Assembly: GCA_039715015.1 (NCBI GenBank)
Contig: JBDLIE010000029.1
Location: 1 to 31,061 of the forward strand
Source: Thermodesulfobacteriota bacterium
Lineage (GTDB): Bacteria > Desulfobacterota > Desulfobulbia > Desulfobulbales > SURF-16
Length of the DNA: 31,061 bases
Direction of reading: 5' to 3'
Of the stretch, positions 25,565-31,061 are shown piece after piece; the first letter of the stretch is position 1; each line of letters opens with the position of its first letter. The notes under the pieces are model-generated. The model was given only the letters and a program-made list of their open reading frames with translations. It was not told the DNA's origin and made no database searches. A program made the position numbers and the translations under genes.

Positions 25565-26989
25565 ATGGCCGATTCCATGAATACAATGCGTAAAACTAAG
25601 ATTGTCTGCACTATTGGTCCCAGGACTGAGTCCTATGAAATGCTCAAGGCCCTGACCATGAAAGGGATGAATATCGCTCGTCTTAACATGTCCCACGGCG
25701 ACCATGGCTGGCATGGCAAAGTGATTCACCACCTCAAACGGTTGAATCGCAAGGAAAAGAGGGCTGTGGCCATCCTCCTGGACACCAAAGGCCCGGAAAT
25801 CAGAACCGGTGATGTTAATCCCGATATTCAATTGAAAACAGGTGATTTACTGACCTTCACCATCCGCAAAAAGGCCAAGCTCGAGCCCTACTGTGTCGAG
25901 GTCAGTTACGATGGTTTCATTGACGATGTTTCCGTTGGCGATACCATTCTTGTGGACGGAGGTATGATAGGTCTGGAGGTAGTGGAGAAGTCGGCCTGCG
26001 ATATTCATTGTAAAAGTCTTGATGAGGGTGTCCTGAGTTCCCGCCGTCATCTCAATATCCGGGGTAAATCCGCTGATTTGCCGTCAATCACTGAGAAAGA
26101 TTGGGCAGATATCGAATTTGCCATCGAACAAGGCATTGATTTCATAGCCCTTTCCTTTGTGAGAGAGGCCTCGTCCATTATCGAATTGCAGCACTATCTC
26201 AAAGGAAAAAATGCCAAGATCGATGTGGTTGCCAAGATCGAGAGTGCCGAGGCCATCCCTGACTTAGCTGAAATCATAGAGGCTGCCGATGGCGTGATGA
26301 TTGCCAGGGGCGATCTCGGGGCCGAACTTCCCATCGAGGAGGTGCCCCACCTGCAGGAAGAGATCATCCAGCGTTGCCGCAAGGCGGTCAAGCCGGTGAT
26401 TGTTGCCACCCATATGCTGGAATCGATGATCATCAACCCCACTCCCACCAGGGCAGAGGTAACTGACATAACCCAGGCAATCCTTCAGGGAGCTGACTGT
26501 ACCATGCTCTCCGGCGAAACTGCCACCGGCAAATACCCCCTCAGGGCCCTTGAGGTTATGGACAGCGTGGCCCGGCGTACCGAAGAGCGCCAAAGACTCG
26601 ATGCAAGGGTGGAGGTGGAACCCTCAAGTATTGCCAAGTATGAGATTACCCGTTCTGCAGCCACCCTCAATAATAATTTGGAGGCCAAGGCCACCCTGGT
26701 CTTTACCCGGCGGGGATTGATGGCTGTTTTAGTGTCCCGTTGCCGGCCTAGTCAGCCTATCTATGCCTTCACCAATACCAGCCACGTAAGGCGAAGACTG
26801 GCAATCCATTGGGGGGTGCAGGCCTTTATCGTCAAGTTTTCGAACGATCCGGAAACCACGATCTCCAGGGCAATAGAACTGCTCACAGCAAAGAAAATCG
26901 TGTCATCAGGAGACCGGGTTGTTGTGGTTTCCGATATCCTGGCCGGCGGCAAGTTTGTTGAAACGGTGCAGGTGCGGATTATTGAGTGA
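25565..26989 (+). CDS. pyk: Pyruvate kinase
   Basis: RKTKIVCTIGP, ARLNMSHG, LDTKGPEIRTG, AKIE, MIARGDLG, PTRAEVTD, MLSGETA. The start may be 25577 or 25586. Confidence 0.97.
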   Translation: MADSMNTMRKTKIVCTIGPRTESYEMLKALTMKGMNIARLNMSHGDHGWHGKVIHHLKRLNRKEKRAVAILLDTKGPEIRTGDVNPDIQLKTGDLLTFTIRKKAKLEPYCVEVSYDGFIDDVSVGDTILVDGGMIGLEVVEKSACDIHCKSLDEGVLSSRRHLNIRGKSADLPSITEKDWADIEFAIEQGIDFIALSFVREASSIIELQHYLKGKNAKIDVVAKIESAEAIPDLAEIIEAADGVMIARGDLGAELPIEEVPHLQEEIIQRCRKAVKPVIVATHMLESMIINPTPTRAEVTDITQAILQGADCTMLSGETATGKYPLRALEVMDSVARRTEERQRLDARVEVEPSSIAKYEITRSAATLNNNLEAKATLVFTRRGLMAVLVSRCRPSQPIYAFTNTSHVRRRLAIHWGVQAFIVKFSNDPETTISRAIELLTAKKIVSSGDRVVVVSDILAGGKFVETVQVRIIE

Positions 26990-27028
26990 TGCCCTGCACC
27001 AGAATCAGGGCCCGCTTTTGTATTCCCT

Positions 27029-27050
27029 CGTCCCCTGAGCCTGTCGAAGG
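27029..27050. repeat. REP-like element half-site CGTCCCCTGAGCCTGTCGAAGG
   Basis: Resembles a widespread bacterial intergenic repeat (CTGAGCCTGTCGAAG), from recollection; lies between the convergent pyk and kinase genes. Confidence 0.5.
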
Positions 27051-27058
27051 CTATTCGT

Positions 27059-28672
27059 TTAGGCCTTGATAGGGTAGGTCGGGAGGGTGATCGTAAAGGT
27101 GCTGCCGATCTCTGTTTTATCTGAAAGGGTAATCTCGCCGCCATGGCCCTCTATCAGGGCCTTGCTGATAGCGAGGCCCAAGCCGGTCCCGCCCCTGTTT
27201 CTGGCGGTGGTAAAGAACGGGGTGAAGATTTTGCCATAATGGCTGGCAGCGATACCGGAGCCATTGTCCTGCACGGTTAGCTGGGGCATGGGATGGGGAG
27301 GGCCGCTCTCCTCAAGAGTGATTTCCACCAGGCTGGCCTTGCCGTGCTGCACACTGTTTTCTAGGAGGTTAACAATAACCCCTCTGAAAATATCGGCAGC
27401 CATGGCGATTTTCGCTGTTTTGCGGCTGGGGTGAAAGCGGACCCTCAACCCCGGTCTGCTGTAATCGGCGGCCACCTCCTGCACGACTTGCTCCGGCCGA
27501 CAGCTTGCCTGGCCGGGGCTGGTCATGTCCGCCCGGGCAAGCTCAAGCAGGCCACGGGTCAGCCGATCAATATGGCGGACGTCCTCCTCCATATTGTTTA
27601 AAAAGAGTTGGCGCTCTTCGCTGGACATTTCATCACCCATATCCTGGATCAGTTCTATGGAGCCCTGCATGGAGGTAATGGGTGTCTTGAATTCGTGGGA
27701 GACATGGCGGGCAAAGTTTTTGATATAGTCTGCCCTGGTCTGTAGAGTGTTGGCCATTTCTGTAATGGATTCAGAGAGTTCGGCCACCTCCATAGTGCCT
27801 GGATGGGCAAGGGGGGCCAGAGTGCCGCCATGGACCTCCACCTCTTTAGCCTGTTTCACCAGTTTTTTGAGAGGGCGGCTGATCATCACCGTGGTAAGCC
27901 AGGACAAAAAGACGACCAGGGCCAACATTACCACAGCAGCCAGAAGGAGATGCTTGCGGATGAAATAGAGGCCTTTGCCAACACCCACCGGTGAGCGTGA
28001 AAGAAGCACAGCCCCAACCACCTTTTGTTGATGGATCACCGGCATAGCCACCAGTACCCGGAGCCAGCCCTTTCTGCTTAACGAGGACAAGAGAGGGGCT
28101 GGCTCGTCAGAAATGCGTTTGCGAAGCACACTGGCATAATAACCTTGCAGGGCCCGGCGAACCTCCTGGCGATTGGCCAGGGATAAACCCAACTCGCTGC
28201 CGCTGCTTGCCACCACCACACCAGTAGAGTCAAGAAGCCGGATGCCGCAGAGGGTAATGCGCTGGGAATCCTTAAGCACCGAAGCCAGTTGGCGGCCCAC
28301 GCTCCTGGGAATCTCGTCAGCAGGACTGGGAGGTGGCAGGGCGCTTGGCCCGGGGGGAAGGATGTTGGCAGTGGCAACATCAAGCCGGGGCCGGATGGGG
28401 ATCAAAGGTGCAAAGCTGTGAAAGAGGGAATCAGCAGGCAGCAGCACGGAATAACCCAGTTCGACGTGCTGTTTATCGGCTCGTTTGCTAAGCTCTTGGC
28501 CATAGGTGGAGGTGAGCAGAGCGGCCTGGCCAATCAGGGCAGACTCGGTTTGGCGGACCAGCTCGCTCTCATACATCTTCAAAAGGCCGATACCGCCAAT
28601 GGGCAGGAGGAGTACGAGAACGTTCACCACCAAAAGCAGGGTGCGGAGCTGAGGGCGAAGAGATAAAGCCAT
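27059..28672 (-). CDS. Sensor histidine kinase, CreC-like
   Basis: 2 TMs, HAMP, H-box VSHEFKTP, N-box NLLENSVQH, DNGSG, FTPFFTT, GTGLGL; TAATG coupling to the response regulator. Confidence 0.92.
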   Translation of the reverse strand: MALSLRPQLRTLLLVVNVLVLLLPIGGIGLLKMYESELVRQTESALIGQAALLTSTYGQELSKRADKQHVELGYSVLLPADSLFHSFAPLIPIRPRLDVATANILPPGPSALPPPSPADEIPRSVGRQLASVLKDSQRITLCGIRLLDSTGVVVASSGSELGLSLANRQEVRRALQGYYASVLRKRISDEPAPLLSSLSRKGWLRVLVAMPVIHQQKVVGAVLLSRSPVGVGKGLYFIRKHLLLAAVVMLALVVFLSWLTTVMISRPLKKLVKQAKEVEVHGGTLAPLAHPGTMEVAELSESITEMANTLQTRADYIKNFARHVSHEFKTPITSMQGSIELIQDMGDEMSSEERQLFLNNMEEDVRHIDRLTRGLLELARADMTSPGQASCRPEQVVQEVAADYSRPGLRVRFHPSRKTAKIAMAADIFRGVIVNLLENSVQHGKASLVEITLEESGPPHPMPQLTVQDNGSGIAASHYGKIFTPFFTTARNRGGTGLGLAISKALIEGHGGEITLSDKTEIGSTFTITLPTYPIKA

Positions 28673-29364
28673 TACTGACAAAAACCCATTCGGTAGCCAA
28701 CCCCCCTTACCGTTTCAATGGGATCGCAGCCAACATCCCGGAATTTTTGGCGGATTTTACGGATATGGCTATCAATGGTGCGGTCCGTGACCAGGCTACC
28801 ACCTTTGTAGCCTTGATCCATCAGTTGGTCGCGGCTGTATACCCTTTCCGGGGAGGCCATTAAAGTGGCGATGAGGCCAAATTCGGTGACCGTCAAATCA
28901 ATCTGCTGATCCTGAAAAAAGACCTGGAAGCGTTGCCGATCCAATCGAATTCCATTCCAGACCAGTTCGTTGCCATTTTCTTCTTTCCCGCCCCCGGCAC
29001 CGCTCCGGCGCAACACGGCCTTGACCCGAGCCACAAGCTCCCGAGGGCTAAAGGGTTTAGCAATGTAATCGTCGCCGCCCAGCTCAAGGCCCACCACCCG
29101 GTCGATCTCATCATCCTGAGAGGAGAGAAAGATAACCGGTAGTTTAGAGAAGGTCCGTAATCGCCGGCAGACCTCGGTGCCATCCAGCTCCGGCATCAGG
29201 ATGTCAAGAATGAGCAGGTCTGGCTTGGCGCGGCCTGCCAAATCCAAAGCAGCTTGGCCATTTTCAGCCTCAATGGTTTGGAACCCGGCCTTGCCCAAGG
29301 CAAAGCGCACCACGTCACGGATATGGGCATCATCATCAACGATGAGTATGGTCTGTCCGGCCAT
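28672..29364 (-). CDS. OmpR-family response regulator, CreB-like
   Basis: ILIVDDD, LILDILMP, FLS, DYIAKPFSPREL, winged helix (RTIDSHIRKIRQK, IETVRGVGY); GGGAG RBS before ATG 29364. Confidence 0.93.
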   Translation of the reverse strand: MAGQTILIVDDDAHIRDVVRFALGKAGFQTIEAENGQAALDLAGRAKPDLLILDILMPELDGTEVCRRLRTFSKLPVIFLSSQDDEIDRVVGLELGGDDYIAKPFSPRELVARVKAVLRRSGAGGGKEENGNELVWNGIRLDRQRFQVFFQDQQIDLTVTEFGLIATLMASPERVYSRDQLMDQGYKGGSLVTDRTIDSHIRKIRQKFRDVGCDPIETVRGVGYRMGFCQ

Positions 29365-29374
29365 CACGCTCCCC

Positions 29375-29434
29375 TGCACCAAATTTGCACAAAAAAATCA
29401 CCAGAACTCCTCCTCCCCTTCACAGCCAATGCAC
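29375..29434 (+). promoter_or_regulatory. Phased cre-tag-like direct-repeat array (T[G/T]CAC every 11 bp)
   Basis: TGCAC 29375, TGCAC 29386, ATCAC 29397, (TCCTC 29408), TTCAC 29419, TGCAC 29430. The E. coli cre-tag is TTCAC-N6-TTCAC. Confidence 0.7.
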
Positions 29435-29504
29435 AGAGATATCCTAGTGTACTTTCAGAAACGACACAATATTCAACAATGCAATATGACGGGAGGAACA
29501 CACC

Positions 29505-30842
29505 ATGGAAGAACAGGGACTCAGCACCAAGCTTGTCAGTTTGGTGAAAAATTCGGCCAGCGTTAAAATCGGGGTGATCGGTTTTATTATTCTCATTCTG
29601 CTCATTCCGGGCAGTATGATTTCATCGCTCATCCATGAACGGGAGGTTCGGCGTAACGGCGTGCTGAACGAAATCAGCAATAAGTGGGGCGGCGATCAGC
29701 TGGTGAGCGGCCCTGTAATCAGTGTGCCTTTTAAGGTAATCCATCATTACGATACGAAAAAACCAGTAATCGAAACCAAATACCTTCATTTTTTGCCGGA
29801 AGTTTTAGATATCAAGGGCAGCCTTAATCCCCAGATCCGCCATCGCGGCATCTTTGAAGCGCCGCTCTATCACGCCACGCTGGACATTAAAGGCAGCTTT
29901 GCGCCCCTAGACCTGGATAAACTCCTGGTCAATAAAACAAGTATTCTGTGGGATAAGGCCTTTCTCTCCATGGGAATCAGGGATATGGCAGGCATCCGCC
30001 AACAGATGAAAGGTTTTTTGGATGATAAAGAGGTTGTTGTTAATCCGGGAATTATAACTGCTGACGTCTTTAGTTCTGGGGTCTCGGTTGCGCTGGACAT
30101 CAAGCCCGGCAGGGCGCTGGCCTTTCATTTTCAGCTCCAGCTCAACGGCAGCGAAGAGCTGCAGTTCCTGCCCATGGGCCAGAACACCAAGGTCAATCTT
30201 AAATCACCATGGCAAAATCCCAGCTTTTCCGGAGAATTTCTGCCCACTGACTACGAAATATCTGAAACAGGCTTTGAGGCAAATTGGTTGATTTCCCATT
30301 TTAACCGCAACTACCCCCAGAGTTGGCAGGGCAGCCGCAAGGATATCTGGAGCTCCGGCTTTGGCGTCAAGATGTACCAGGGTACCGATATCTACCAGAA
30401 GACCACCCGCACCTCAAAATATAGCCTGATGTTCATCGTCTTCAGCTTCACCGCCTTTTTCCTGGCCGAGGTGCTGACCAAGGGCCGGGTCCATCCTGTC
30501 CAGTACCTGCTCGTAGGCTTTGCCATCACCTGTTTTTACACCCTGCTGCTGGCCTTGAGTGAGCATGTTGGCTTTAATCTGGCCTTTATGGTTGCCTCCC
30601 TGGCGGTCATCGGCCTGGTGGGTGCCTATACCAGGAGCATCCTTGGTAGTAGGATGGCCCTGGTAACCAGCAGTCTGCTTATCTTTTTGTACACCTACCT
30701 CTTCATCACCCTGCAGCTTGAAGATTATGCCCTGCTCATGGGCAGCATCGGCCTCTTTGCCCTGCTCGGCCTGGTGATGTATGTGACCCGCAAGGTGGAC
30801 TGGTACTGTTTGCATGGCGAGCCTGACAAACTGGAGGGTTAG
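29505..30842 (+). CDS. creD: Cell envelope integrity protein CreD
   Basis: WGGDQLVSGP, FLPE, RHRGIFEAPLY, SPWQNPSFSGEFLP, YQKTTRTSKY, HPVQYLLVG, LLLALSEH, LEDYALLMGS, TRKVDWY. Confidence 0.95.
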   Translation: MEEQGLSTKLVSLVKNSASVKIGVIGFIILILLIPGSMISSLIHEREVRRNGVLNEISNKWGGDQLVSGPVISVPFKVIHHYDTKKPVIETKYLHFLPEVLDIKGSLNPQIRHRGIFEAPLYHATLDIKGSFAPLDLDKLLVNKTSILWDKAFLSMGIRDMAGIRQQMKGFLDDKEVVVNPGIITADVFSSGVSVALDIKPGRALAFHFQLQLNGSEELQFLPMGQNTKVNLKSPWQNPSFSGEFLPTDYEISETGFEANWLISHFNRNYPQSWQGSRKDIWSSGFGVKMYQGTDIYQKTTRTSKYSLMFIVFSFTAFFLAEVLTKGRVHPVQYLLVGFAITCFYTLLLALSEHVGFNLAFMVASLAVIGLVGAYTRSILGSRMALVTSSLLIFLYTYLFITLQLEDYALLMGSIGLFALLGLVMYVTRKVDWYCLHGEPDKLEG

Positions 30843-31060
30843 CTGGAGAGCAAGGCCAGCATCTTGTCGACGTGACTGCCCGGCCAGTAGATTTTAGAGC
30901 AGCTGGGGCATTGGCTGAAGGTGGTGTAATACTTCCTGGTGAGGGGTTCCAGGAGGTGATCAATCTCCTCCTTGCTAACCCCTTCAAGGGGGGTGTTGCA
31001 CTCCAGGCAGCGGCTTAGGGGCTGGAGCTGGTTGTGGAGGCCGAGCAGGCTGATGATCTC
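30839..31060 (-). CDS. C-terminal part of a Mut7-C RNase domain protein (partial, starts beyond the window)
   Basis: Manual translation ...PLSRCLECNTPL...FSQCPSCSKIYWPGSHVDKMLALLSS* shows the Mut7-C Zn-ribbon and YWxGSH motif. Confidence 0.85.
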   Translation of the reverse strand, partial: EIISLLGLHNQLQPLSRCLECNTPLEGVSKEEIDHLLEPLTRKYYTTFSQCPSCSKIYWPGSHVDKMLALLSS

Positions 31061-31061
31061 C

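Overview
A gene-dense bacterial chromosomal window with about 29 CDSs. No rRNA, tRNA, CRISPR array or transposase is visible. Gene content suggests a Desulfobacterota (Desulfobulbaceae-like) genome; this is inference only. From left to right: a secreted, Met-rich tandem DUF302-like protein; an MFS transporter; a polyamine module (lipoprotein, DUF350, membrane-fused SpeE, and a divergent eukaryote-type AdoMet decarboxylase); two dehydrogenases; a PAS/Zn-ribbon sensor; a DsrE-like protein; an unannotated 46-aa ORF under a perfect Fur box; ald; an orphan CbbQ/CbbO (NorQ/NorD)-type chaperone pair; a probable sigma54-driven MMPL + LolA-like + DUF1302 envelope transport operon; several lipoproteins; a truncated ABC permease; sixA; pyk; creBC-like/creD genes with a phased cre-tag-like array; and a partial Mut7-C gene. 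The best leads are the membrane-associated polyamine module with a divergent AdoMetDC, the Fur-boxed micro-ORF, a shared Fur/PerR-like operator linking the orphan CbbQO pair to the gene at the left edge, and the sigma54/UAS-controlled lipid transport triad. All family calls come from motif recognition; no database searches were run.
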